A DNA stretch of 64,000 nucleotides. Source: Bugula neritina. Lineage: Eukaryota; Animalia; Bryozoa. The position numbers were made by a program, and so were the translations under genes. Below, piece after piece: positions 12,801 through 23,479 of the stretch; the first letter of the stretch is position 1, and each line of letters begins with the position of its first letter. The notes below the pieces were generated by a model that did not search any database, was not told where the DNA came from, and saw only the letters and a program-made list of their open reading frames with translations. Where the stretch lies: positions 5,092,529 to 5,156,528 of the forward strand of contig OZ037770.1 in the NCBI GenBank assembly GCA_964035545.1, in the 5' to 3' direction.

Positions 12801-15800
12801 AAATAGAAAGGGAAGGAGAACGTCATCCACGACACGTGTCGGGGCAATGTGGAGGGTAGACACTCAGTCTTCATCATCCCTCTTGAGCTGGGCCACAGAG
12901 TCCCGGAGAGCCTTGAGTTCAGAAGCGGCGGCTGATATCCTAGGCGCCAACCGCTTGATCTCCCTCTCTCTAGTTCATGCATCCGTTGCTCCATCTCTCT
13001 TAGATTTCTAGCAACAGAGGAGTGGCGGTCGGGGGATGAAGATTGCTAACGCCGGCGTCATCTCTGGGGGATTTCTATCCGTTGTACGACTACTACGGGT
13101 ACGGTGTTGGAAAAGGGCACAGTGTGAGCAGGGGGTGACGGGCGAGGTATTGTGAGCTTCCTAAACCCAGGGGATTTGGGGCAGGGTCCTTGGGTAATGG
13201 TACGGGGAGCGGGGAATTTTTGGCTCAGCCGTTTGTAACGTGCAGGGTCTGAAATGAATGGCTTGGTGAGGCCTAGAAAAGTAGAGAAGGAAAGCTTGTT
13301 CACATTGTAGAGATGTCCAGTGTGACACTCCATAGTCCTCTGGTAACGGAGGATGTAGTCCCTGTGGTAGCTGTACTCCCCACAGGGACAGAAGGTGGTG
13401 ATGAAATGTTGAGGGATGTGTACTCGGAGGCGGCGAGGTGTGGTAAAATGCTGTTGACAAAGCCGGCAGGTGGTGCAGTCGTCGTCTCCTTTATTTTGTT
13501 GAATCATGTCCTCGGTATGTTGGGTAACCCAGCTAGACCGGGTTATGAGTATTTCTGGTAGTGTTGTGGAGGTAGGTTCCGTCTCCTAAGCCATCTCCAA
13601 TGGTGGCATATCATTGTAGTTAGGAGAGCGAGTGGTACCTGAAAGAGCAGAATTATTGTTGGATCGAATTTGATCTTTACAGCATAATTCTGATGACAAT
13701 CGACTGTTACTAGTCTGAGAGTCATGCATCTTTTTGTACGGCACTCGAGAGACTGTGTTTGGATGCCTAGACTGACTGAGAAACATAGTGACATGGCTGG
13801 AACTGTTTGCCCCGGGCGCATTAATTCCACCTACTACTCCGCCCTCGCAAAAAATGATATTTTCGTGGTGTTTACAACTCCCACGTTTCGCTGCCAGTCT
13901 CTCCGTACGGCACTCAGCTTGGCCTTCATATCTGCCGCTTGTAACACAGTCACATACGAAGTCTTTCAAATATGCTGGGGGTTGCCTAGTACGTTGTCCA
14001 CTTTCTAAGGGAAGTGGTGTGCTAGTTGGGGGAGATGGTGTAGTCACTGCTGGTGGGGGTGTACTCACTGGTGGACTTTTATGTTCCGCCGGTGGCGTTT
14101 TCGGCCTGCTATTGACTGTTGTATCATTTTCAAGATCTCCAGATGGAGCCCTCCCCTGGGGGGGTTATGCACTTCCGGAGCTGAAACAGGTTCCGGAAGT
14201 GGTGGCGTTAGACTTGGCGCTGGAGGTGGTGGGCGCACTTTTGGTAACGCAAGTGGCCTTTCCTGCCTCACCAAGTCTTCTGCCCGCGGCATGATCACTT
14301 CATACTCTGGTTCAGGTCGCCGCCGCCCGCGCGTTGCTGTCTGCCTCCTGGGCTCTAACAACGGGGGAGCTTTTCCTGCCGCACCTGGGCTAGTCCAATA
14401 CGACTTCAAGCGAGCCTCATTTTAGATAGACACCTGTCCTGAGCGCTCAAACTTGTAGGTGTGATTGGGCATCACTTCAACTACCGCGTAGGGTCTCACG
14501 AACTTAGGCTGTAGCTTAGCCGCCTGTTCTCGATGCCTACGGCAGTTGACCATTCAGACCCAGTCTCCAACTTGGTAGAGGGGTGGTTCTTCGGAGTCTT
14601 CTTTTTGCACTTGCCACTGCTTTTTCCGCAGTATTTCGTGTGCAACCTTCATTTGCTCTACCGATTTGCTGGCATACCCAAATCCCAAACCCCAAATCCT
14701 GGGGGGTAACCCAGTCTTCCACAGCTCGTACTCTTTCAGGATCAGTCGCCACGCCATGACGGCCGACGTGGTGCCCCAGGTACTTCACCTCCAGCTGCAA
14801 GAGAGCGCTCTTGGAAGGTTTGAGCTTCAGGCCGGCACCTCTGAGTCATTCGAACATCTCCTGCATATGACTGACGTGTGTCTGGAAATCCGGGAAAATC
14901 ACAATGACAACATCGAGGTAGACTAGCAGTGTCTCCCAGTGGAGCCCACTGAGGACCTGTTCCATGAGCCTCTGAAACGTGGCGGGGGCGGAGGTCAACC
15001 CAAAGGGTAGTACTTTCCACTTCCACAGTCCGTTCCATGTGATGAACGCCGTCTTCTCCTGGGCGTCGGGAGTCAGAGGGACCTGCCAATAACCGCTCAG
15101 CAAGTTTAGTGTGCTAAAGTACTTGCTGCCGGCCAGGGCGTCCAGAGATTCATCAATCCGAGGTAGAGGGTAGGCGTCCTGTATGCTTACGCTATTTAGT
15201 TTGCGGTAATCCACACAGAACCACCAACTGCCGTTTTTCTTCCGGACCAGGACGACCGGCGAGCTCCACGCACTATGTGCTGGCTCTATGAGGCCGCGGT
15301 CCAAAAGATCCCGGACTTGTCGGCTGACCTCCTTTTCTTCATTAGTAAAAAATCACTTAGTAGATTATATAGTATGTTTGATTTAGGTAATTCAAGTTCT
15401 ACTTTTATTTATTTTGAAATAAAAGATCTGCTTTTATATTGTAAACCAAAGAAGACAAAAAAAATTATTAAATATTGCAACTTTGTTTTTTTTTCATGCT
15501 CTTTTTTGGTTATCTATCTCCAATTCTCAGTGTAATAGAAACCAATTTTTATCCTATTCTTGTTCTTAAACAGCCTGTTAATATATTGTTTCATAATTAC
15601 TTTACAATTCTAAATTTTGAATTAACTTGCCTTTAAAAATGTAACGTGTTCCTGCAAGATGATGACTTTCCAGAATTTTATTCTCTCGTAGTGAAATAAT
15701 TCACAACTTCTATTTCCTGTCTAGAAACTATAATACATTTATTAGAGCAATTAGTGAGAGGTTGTGGCAGAAGTATTTTATTCTACTTGAAATTACTTTA

Positions 15801-18800
15801 ATGGCTTGTGTAGATGTTTCAGAGCTCTACTGTGTTCCTATTTGATGATAAATTGCATGTATTATGACACATATAAAACAATATTCCTTATAATTATAAC
15901 ATCCATATAGTAGAATATCAGTGTGAGTAGTTACTCAGTGATCAGAAATGTCAGAAGTATTTTATTTTCACTTGACATAACTTTAATGCCTTATGCAGAA
16001 TATGCCACAAAGCTGTAGCCTACCATGTTCATGTTTGCTGATAACTGTGTTATGGCACATACTAGGAATTTTCTACTCTGTAGTATAAAATATTACTCTC
16101 TCTAGTAGAACAGCAGTGTGAACAGTTACTCAGTTATCTGCCATATAGAAAAAGATGATAGTATTACATGTAGGTTGTTGTTTTTTATGACAGTACTTAG
16201 TACAGATGTAGCACTTTTCTTACCAAATATATACTTACAATTATACTGTTATATTATATATCTTTATAAAATAATTAAAATGTTATGCATCGTATATATA
16301 TAATATGGTACTTGTACATAATTGTAACTTAGAAATACTTGTTTTCTTTCCTTAATTAATGTACTAATTCAAAGTATTGTATATAAACTTGTTATAGTAA
16401 CTGCCACTTGGTACTATATTATGTGTAATAATTGTTATACTAATATTGGGTATCTTTATGAAAACTATTATATCATTTACCTGTATAGCTAGGTCTAATA
16501 ATAGAAATATTATATATTATTAGAATACAGAGATTAAAGAAGTTACAGAAACTCACAATTTCAGAGAATAATTTCACCAGTCTACCTTCTTCAGTATGTG
16601 CATTGATTAATCTGCACACACTGGATATATCCAGCAACAGATCCATGACATCTTTGAACCCTGAGATACTACAGCTAACACATCTTGGATCCTTCGATAC
16701 AGATGGATGTGATGCTCTTACATCTCCTCCACAAGAAGTCTGTGAGAGAGGACTGGAGTCTGTGCGACAATACTACACAGACTTGGCTAAAGGTGCAGGT
16801 AGAAATCTTCCATTTGCTACAATAGTGGTGTTGGGGAACACCATGGCAGGTAAAACCAGCCTAATCAAAACATTACAGAGCACTGACAGGAAGAGAGTTC
16901 TGACTGACAGAAGTCCTAATGCAGAGCATGATGAGACCACAAAGGTGTTTAATGTGGAAGAGGTGGAAGTGAATGGTACAACTCTTCGTCTCATAGATAT
17001 GGGAGGCCAAGAGGTCTACCATATCACATACCATTTGACACTAAGACAGAATTGTGTACCAGTAGTTGTAGTCAACATGGAGCAGTATGATCAGATTTCG
17101 AAAATGTCTACAGACAGAGAGGCTGTGAGAAAGTTGGCCTTTGACTTCATGTCTCACCTCTATCTCGCTCATCCATTTCTTGGCCCACCTAAGCTTGTCT
17201 TCACACACAAAGATAAGTTTCCGAGTGAAGTTTTTCAACAGCTTCGAAGAAATCTTCTTGAAGTGTCTGAGCAGTTTTGCAAAAATATTCTTGAAGAAGA
17301 GAAAGGTTTAGAAGGTGACTTTGCTCGAATTCAACATTTCACTCAATCAAACGGAAAAGTGTTCTCCGACGACAACATATATGAAGTTGGAAAATTTGAC
17401 GAGTACAAGATATTTGAATCGATTAAAAAATCTCTTCTTCAAAGTTGCCGACACTTTATCAAACCCCTTCCAAAAGTCTGGGAGGATGTCAACACAAAAG
17501 TGTTGTCCTTGCAGTCCGCACACAATACCTTTGATGAAATCCTGGCAGAGATAAAGAAAGAACGGAATGATATTGATAGAAACCAATTGGATACCATCAT
17601 CATGTACATGCATGATTGTGGAAAAGTTCTCTGGTATAAGAATGTTGATGCACTCAGGCCATACATATTTCACAAGATTACAGAAGTTACCAAACTGCTG
17701 TGTGTCTTGTATCACCATGATCCAAACATCTGGCAGAGCAGAGTAGATCAGTTCAAACCATATTTATCAAGAGGAGTGAGAATTGAGAAGCAGGACTTTG
17801 AAGAGTCTGTGAACTACTTCCAAGCAACTGGCCTAATGATGCAATCCCTTCTTGAATATCTGATAGCTCAGGAAACTTTATTTAGAAATCCGGGTGATGT
17901 TGAAATTGGGCTTTGTTTGCTCAGCACGTTCCGTTTGTTGTATGGCCCTAGGAATGATGAATCCTATGATTCCTACTTCATAATCCCTCAGTTTGCCAAA
18001 GAATCCTACAGCCTCTCCTACACTCAACAAAAGGAGTTACTGCTTCATACTGAGACTCAGTTTAATGGTCTGGCGTTACCGCAGCATGTCTACCATCAAA
18101 TGACTGTTGGTTTGTTAGAGATGTTTTCTAAAGAGTTTGCTACAATGCAAGTGAAGAGGAATGGTGCTAACGTCTACCAAGATGAAATATACACACAACT
18201 GGTACACGATTACGCATTGAGAAGAGTTTTACTCTACGTTTCATCTGATGCGTCCAACATTTCCAGAATGTGGGAGAATCTCATTTCGGTCAACAACAAC
18301 ATCCTCAGACATGTTATGGAGACTTGGACTGCTAGTCGACCAGTCACTGCCTGCATTTGTGCTCACTGCTTGCTACTTGGGGTTTCCTGTCCTAAAAAAC
18401 TCTTTCACCCCAAATGGTGTCTTCGATCCTTAAAAAACCTGCTGCCACCTAATGTCAAGAAGTGTGGTGGAGCTTCAAAGATGTTATGTAATGGAGAGGA
18501 GGTCCCTAGCGCTTTAATCCACCCATGTATGTTCACTCATAAAATTGAATTTCAACAGAAATATTTTCAATAATTGTTTCAACAGATAAATATTTACTAC
18601 TTTGTGTTGCAAAAAACTTTTAGTAAAAATTTTGAGCAATTAGTTGAATATTTTGTCTTAATTATAAAATCGCAACTTAAAAGCATGAGCTCCTATTCAC
18701 ATGTCATTATCTCGTAAATTAAATTCTTTAAGGTTTAGTAATACAAATCTTGTTTGTTCTATTCAGGTGAGAAATTGTCAGAAACAGAATCAAATAAGTT

Positions 18801-21800
18801 GAAGAAGCTAGTTGCTGAGCTCAAACTGCGAGGAGATCAGAACAATTCAACTGGTAAATTTTTTTAGACTGAACTTGATGTGGGTCATTTTACTTAATTT
18901 AGTACAGGAGTATGACCTGTGTCATGAACACACCTAAATAATCAAACCTACTCCTAATTTTGCTTGATTTCCCATGTTTTTTCCTAATTATTCAGCTACT
19001 TTTGACTGCAGACTGTCATGAAAAAACCATATTTCTCTGAAATCAAAAGTAGCTGAATAATTAGGAAAAAATATGGGAAATTAAGCAAAATTTAGAAGAA
19101 CCTTGATTTTTTAGGTGTGTTCATTTAAGCTTTACTACTTTTGGGCAAAACTCATGTTCATTAGCAGCTAAAATGTAAAAAAATAGCTAAAAACAAGTGT
19201 GTTCATCACTTTTGGGCAAAAACTTATGTTAATTAGCAGTTAAATTGTAAAAAATAGCTAAAAACTGGAGATTTCCAGTGTGCACTAAATTAAGTAAAAT
19301 GACCTATGTGTACAGCCACCACTTGATAAAACTCCTTGTTTTGCAAAGCTGGCCATACATGTAGATATCTAAGAGCTTTTTTATGCATGCGTTCATTGTA
19401 ATCCATTGCTTTTTGCTGCTAGTGGTTGAGAAAAATTTTAATTGTATGGCTTTTAAATGATGAAAAAAATCAACTGTTCACATGACTGTCTAGAAATATT
19501 AGCTGATGATCTGAGTGATCTCTCTGAAGATGATGACAATCTGTACCTTGATGGAGAGAATGGAGAAGGCCTGAAGCTGATACAACTTGAATTGAAGCCA
19601 ACCACCAACCCAAAGATAAAGCAGCTGTTCTCAGATACTGACAAGGTGAATGTATCAGTTGATGAATATATTATGTCTATAGACTCTCTTTACTAGATAA
19701 TCATGACTATAGTCGTTCAATTACTTTTAGAAAAAGTTCAGTCTGAACGCAATTTTTCCATTTACTTCAGTTAACTTTTAATTTTTAGCCATGTCTGTTT
19801 TTGGGCTGTGTCTGTTTGGTTAAGGTTTAATCTGTTGTCACACGGTTAGGAAATATTTGTAGTGTCGAGATTTCTGGCCCCTTTGATGTATTGATTTGTG
19901 CACCTGCATGCATGGTTGAATATTTTCTGCAACATATTCTGATTTTTTTGTGAAGAGTAGCAGTAGTATATAAACATTATTCCAAAAGATATTAAAGGTC
20001 AGATGTAAATAAAGACTAAAAGAGAGGTAGAGAGGTCCGTGGTGTCCTTAAGAAATAAACTGGATGTAGTGTTAAGATCGCCTATAAGTCTCTGTGGGAT
20101 AATCTCAGTGGGACAAAATTGTTTTTCGCCTGGAACCTTAAACTTTTCTGTACCTTCACCATAGTTTGCTATTGCATTCTATGGTATCTTTAAAGTTAGT
20201 AAATACTTTGTTGAAGAGGTTTGGCTTTTGAAGTTTAGTTCACATATAATGGTTTAAATGTCAAAATTGATGGTATCTTGTCAGTATGGCCATGCATTGT
20301 CATTATTTACTTCCATAGCTTTACCAATTTATATACTTGATTTAGAAAAATGTAGGATTATTTACAAGCTATTATCAACAAATCAGAATTAATATACTTG
20401 TAGCCTGCTATTGTTTTTTAAACCATACCTCAAGGATATTTTTTTATGCTTAACCGACTACCAAATGCAATGAACTATTTCGTTAGTAAAATTATCATTC
20501 GGTCTGATACATTGAAATTAATTTTATTCTAGTTTATGCTACCCAATTGGCTAATAAAATAAAATCTAAAATACAAAAAGCAATTGAGATATGAAATGTT
20601 TTTTTTCAAAAGTATGTTTGACTGGTTTTTTACAAGACTTAAAAATTTAAGACCTGTTTGGAGTTTGAGAATTACTACTGTATGCAATCCTCTAACTATC
20701 TTTTTATCCAGGTGTTCAGTATGACCAGAAAGAGAGAAAAAGCTCTGATAATAAACAACAAGCATTTTGTTGAAAGACCAGACTTATGCAGGAAAGGTTC
20801 AGATGCTGATGTTGAAAACATGTCTGTCATGTTGAAATCTCTCAAGTTTGATGTTGAGACACACACAGACCTGACAGCAGAGGTATGTTGTTATGGTGGA
20901 AGTAATACGAGCACTATTTAACCATAACACCTTGCAAATTGATACAATGTTGCACTGTAACTGTTCAGTCTATTAATGCTTGAAAATTAGGACTGTATGG
21001 AAAACCAAAAGCATGTTTGCTGCTGGTCACAATTTTGTTTTTTTGCAGGTTCAGAAATTATTATTTTATTCAGTCATCGTAACTTTGTATCGATTATTAA
21101 ACATCGCTATTTTCAAACTTGTAGGAAATGCTGTCTGCTGTGAAGTCTGAGATAAGAAGAAAAAAAAGGAATGGCTTGGGCTGTCAAATACTGGTTATTA
21201 TGACTCATGGTGGAGAAGATAACTGCATCTATGGAACTGACCTTGAGCAGGTCAACCTTACAGACTTCTATGATTTTCTCGCTCCTCTGAGTCTGAAGCC
21301 TAAACCTACAGTTGTCATCCTACAAGCTTGCAGTGGAGGTAATTACATTTTTGTATAGAAAACTTTCATTTTTAGTCAAGTAGTGAAAATAATACAGAGA
21401 CCCTTGAAAAGTTTTTTCTGTACTGATCAAATTTCTTTTTTACTCATCACGGTGCAAGTTTGAATGCGTTTGTTTTTCTTGCAGCAAACATTGATGTTAA
21501 TCGAGGCAGATCAGATCTTGCAGCAGCTCAAGAAGAAGAAACTGAAGCTGTCTCTTCTACACATTCTGAAGCTGATTATGATGATATTGTATATCCTGAA
21601 ACACCCAGTGTGATAAGACCCATCAGACCTGTCTCACCACCAGAATATAGAGTAGAAGAACATATGACAAGACTGGATATTGATAATCTTCTTGTTCTGA
21701 AGAGTAACGTCTGCTGTAAGTATAATAAGAGACAGTGATAGGCTGATATTTCTAAACTGTTGTACTTTGTCACCTATCTAAAAATTGTTCTTTGCCGTTT

Positions 21801-22664
21801 TCTTGCGTTACTTCCACATTTTTAATCTTGTTGATTTGATAAGCTTCTAAACTGAGGTGACTAAAATGTTTTCTAGAACTTTGAGATTTAAATTGTGTTA
21901 CAGTTTAGCTTAAAACATCTTATACTTTGTCTGACTAGACCATGATTTTGGCTGCATTTAATATTATTATAGCATCAAAGAGACATCCTGAGTATGGATC
22001 TCCCATGATTAGAGTCCTAGTATCTTCAATCTACAAACATGCCTGTCACCGTGATCTCCACACCATCTTTCAGCAGGTAAGTTGAAAGCTCAAAAGTGTT
22101 TTTGCTATTTTAACTTTTATTCAAGAAATAATTTCTCATCATGGCATCTCTTCCATCTCCATGTTCAAACCATTATGTCATTTGAAAGAAACAATTTAAA
22201 CTGTTCTGAGTACAAGAGAAAGTCATTCAATGTTTTACTTGTTTAAATTGTAGAGTTTAGTTTCTGTTGTTTCAATTTCTTTAGAGTAATGGCTCAGTAC
22301 TATATTGATAGTTTCTCTCCTTTTATAATAATATGTTCTTGTAGTCTGCTATAACAACTAGTTTAATTTATTAAATGACATGACTGTAGTGGACAACTCC
22401 TAAAGTTTTACTACTCAGGATTGTTAAAGTATATTCTAACAGCTGGGAGTTGTACCTTATTTCTTCTAGTAGTGAATTGATAAACAATCTTACTAGTTCT
22501 TACTTACTCTACAGGTACAGACTAAATTAGTGAAGAAACTCTATGCAGATGAAGATTCAGAAAGAAGCAGAAATTTGGTTGTAATCTGGAAGACTCTTCC
22601 TCCCCGTAAAAGACTTTACCTGTTTCCTGGCTTTGATGGGTTGAGTGAAGAGGCCAAATCCTAA
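6085..22664 (+). CDS. LRR-Roc-COR-caspase fusion protein (ROCO family with C-terminal caspase), 18 coding exons, ~1486 aa
   Basis: Exons 6085-6097, 6569-6800, 7715-7852, 8278-8415, 8846-8983, 9426-9563, 10007-10144, 10565-10702, 11145-11282, 11723-11860, 16524-18526, 18767-18853, 19494-19645, 20712-20882, 21125-21338, 21485-21715, 21973-22076, 22515-22664. All introns are GT-AG with compatible phases; total 4461 nt, open. Roc motifs GNTMAGKTS, DMGGQEVY, THKD; caspase motifs MTHG, QACSG, RLYLFPG. Confidence 0.86.
7715..7852 (+). CDS. LRR cassette exon 1 (two 23-aa LRRs)
   Basis: 138 bp, cag|...|gtttgt; LCQLTQLEKLNLSGNPLKTVPEVVSLLTSLKELYMWSCDLSTLPE. Confidence 0.9.
8278..8415 (+). CDS. LRR cassette exon 2
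   Basis: 138 bp; LCKLTQLEKLNIGYNPLNTVPEVVSSLTSLKELDMWNCKLSTLPE. Confidence 0.9.
8846..8983 (+). CDS. LRR cassette exon 3
   Basis: 138 bp; LCKLTQLEKQYMGWNPLNTVPEVVSSLTSIKELDMWSCELSTLPG. Confidence 0.88.
9426..9563 (+). CDS. LRR cassette exon 4
   Basis: 138 bp; LCQLTQLEKLDIRWNPLNTIPEVVSSLTSLKELNMKHCELSTLPE. Confidence 0.9.
10007..10144 (+). CDS. LRR cassette exon 5
   Basis: 138 bp; LCQLTQLEKLYIEKNPLNTVPEVVSSLTSLKELDMRNCELSTLPE. Confidence 0.9.
10565..10702 (+). CDS. LRR cassette exon 6
   Basis: 138 bp; LCQLTQLEKLDIEGNPLNTVPEVVSLLTSLKELNMGRCNLSNLPE. Confidence 0.9.
11145..11282 (+). CDS. LRR cassette exon 7
   Basis: 138 bp; LCQVTQIEKLNIGDNPLYTVPEVVSSLTSLKELDMESCGLPTLPE. Confidence 0.88.
11723..11860 (+). 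CDS. LRR cassette exon 8
   Basis: 138 bp; LCQLIQLEKLNIARNLLKTVPEVLSSLTSLKDLNMGKCKLSTLPE. Confidence 0.88.
12191..12499 (-). repeat. 3' LTR of Gypsy copy 2 (~309 bp)
   Basis: TGTAGT...ACTACA termini, adjacent PPT, minus-strand AATAAA; its end resembles the copy 3 LTR (tgtagt(g)aattttg). Confidence 0.65.
13058..13507 (-). CDS. Gypsy accessory C2H2 zinc-finger ORF fragment
   Basis: CRLC-x12-HIPQH followed by CPC-x12-Y-x5-C-H (His at the Y position in copy 1); homologous to 4196..5389. Confidence 0.65.
   Translation of the reverse strand: MIQQNKGDDDCTTCRLCQQHFTTPRRLRVHIPQHFITTFCPCGEYSYHRDYILRYQRTMECHTGHLYNVNKLSFSTFLGLTKPFISDPARYKRLSQKFPAPRTITQGPCPKSPGFRKLTIPRPSPPAHTVPFSNTVPVVVVQRIEIPQR
15769..16140. 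repeat. Diverged ~185-bp tandem duplication (intronic)
   Basis: agaagtattttatt...gttactcagt occurs twice, starting at about 15769 and 15953. Confidence 0.55.
16524..18526 (+). CDS. ROCO-caspase large exon: terminal LRRs, Roc GTPase and COR domain
   Basis: 2003-bp exon. LRRs (LQKLTISENNFTSLP, LHTLDISSN), LTSPPQEVC pre-Roc motif, G1 GNTMAGKTS, G3 DMGGQEVY, G4 THKD, and COR-type motifs PKVW, YMHDCGKVLWY, IIPQF, CICAHC. Confidence 0.93.
18767..19645 (+). CDS. ROCO-caspase linker exons (18767-18853, 19494-19645)
   Basis: Phase 1-1 and 1-0 exons that join the COR exon to the first caspase exon in frame; acidic LADDLSDLSEDDDNLYLDG. Confidence 0.72.
18883..19304. mobile_element. Palindromic MITE family A, copy 1 (intronic)
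   Basis: TIR ggtcattttacttaatttagt(a/g)ca at both ends and a long internal hairpin; related copy at 33050..33446. Confidence 0.75.
20712..22664 (+). CDS. Caspase (peptidase C14A) p20-linker-p10 domain, 5 exons
   Basis: ALIINNKHF...CRKGSDAD; ILVIMTHG (His 21206-21208); VILQACSG (Cys 21329-21331); SKRHPEYGSPMI; TLPPRKRLYLFPG; stop 22662-22664; AATAAA at 22891. Confidence 0.92.
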
Positions 22665-23479
22665 CTCAATACATGACTCTATTTGTAATTTGCACAACAC
22701 TCAGTTTAAGTTTGACTAAAATTCCGTGACCATTAAACCTAAGCAGATAGTGAGTTTGTGTGAATGGGTAATGATTACTTGACAGTCAAATTATCTATCA
22801 AAGATTTTTAACTTTTGTATCTTATTCTGAGTATAAAGCTATATACTGATAACATTTACTTTGGCAAATTAGCTTGTGATGTCTTTTTTTAATAAATAAT
22901 CATATTATATGATATAAGCTGTACTGCCATATTACAGGAATGATAAAAACAGCTCATTTGTGATTTTGTATGTTCTGCCTATATAGGTTACTATGTTATA
23001 GCATAATTAGTATAATATGGTTGCAGTTGATTTTATGTCCTGTAAAACATTAACCAATCCTGCTTATATGGTTTTTACTCAGCCAAATTTGTTATCATTT
23101 ATATTTTGATGTGACACTAAGCACTGACTATGTTGTTTCATCCACATGTTCTAACTGCTATGCTAACATTATTATCATAATTGCAGTAGCTTGCTAGTAT
23201 ATATCGAAGTTTGCTTTTTATATTTTATCAATAAATTTATTCAAATATTTTATGTGAAAATTGTTTGCTGATATGATTTCAAGGTCTGAATATTTCACTT
23301 CAATAATCTGTGACTAAAGAAACACGTCCATTATCTACAAATAATAGTCATGAAATCCGTCATTTTCTTATCTGCATCTGCAAACCAATCAATTATCAAA
23401 TAACCTAATGAAATTATTTTTTATTGAATGCTATTCAGACATTATGTGCAGGTGGGGCTCATTAGTCTGTGAAGACAGC

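Larger units (their letters stand above)
12191..15340 (-). mobile_element. 5'-truncated, internally deleted Gypsy element (copy 2) in the intron after LRR exon 8
   Basis: RT fragment 14700..15340 (SAWSSPVVLVRKK, YPLPRIDE) is fused to the integrase C-terminus, followed by zinc-finger ORF 13058..13507, a polypurine tract (minus-strand gggagaggcag, 12500-12510) and the 3' LTR. Confidence 0.88.

Noticed and set aside
16603-18573. 656-aa ORF as a complete stand-alone gene
   Set aside because: It starts at TTG in mid-LRR. The frame is open back to an acceptor at 16523, and a donor at 18527 links in frame to downstream exons.
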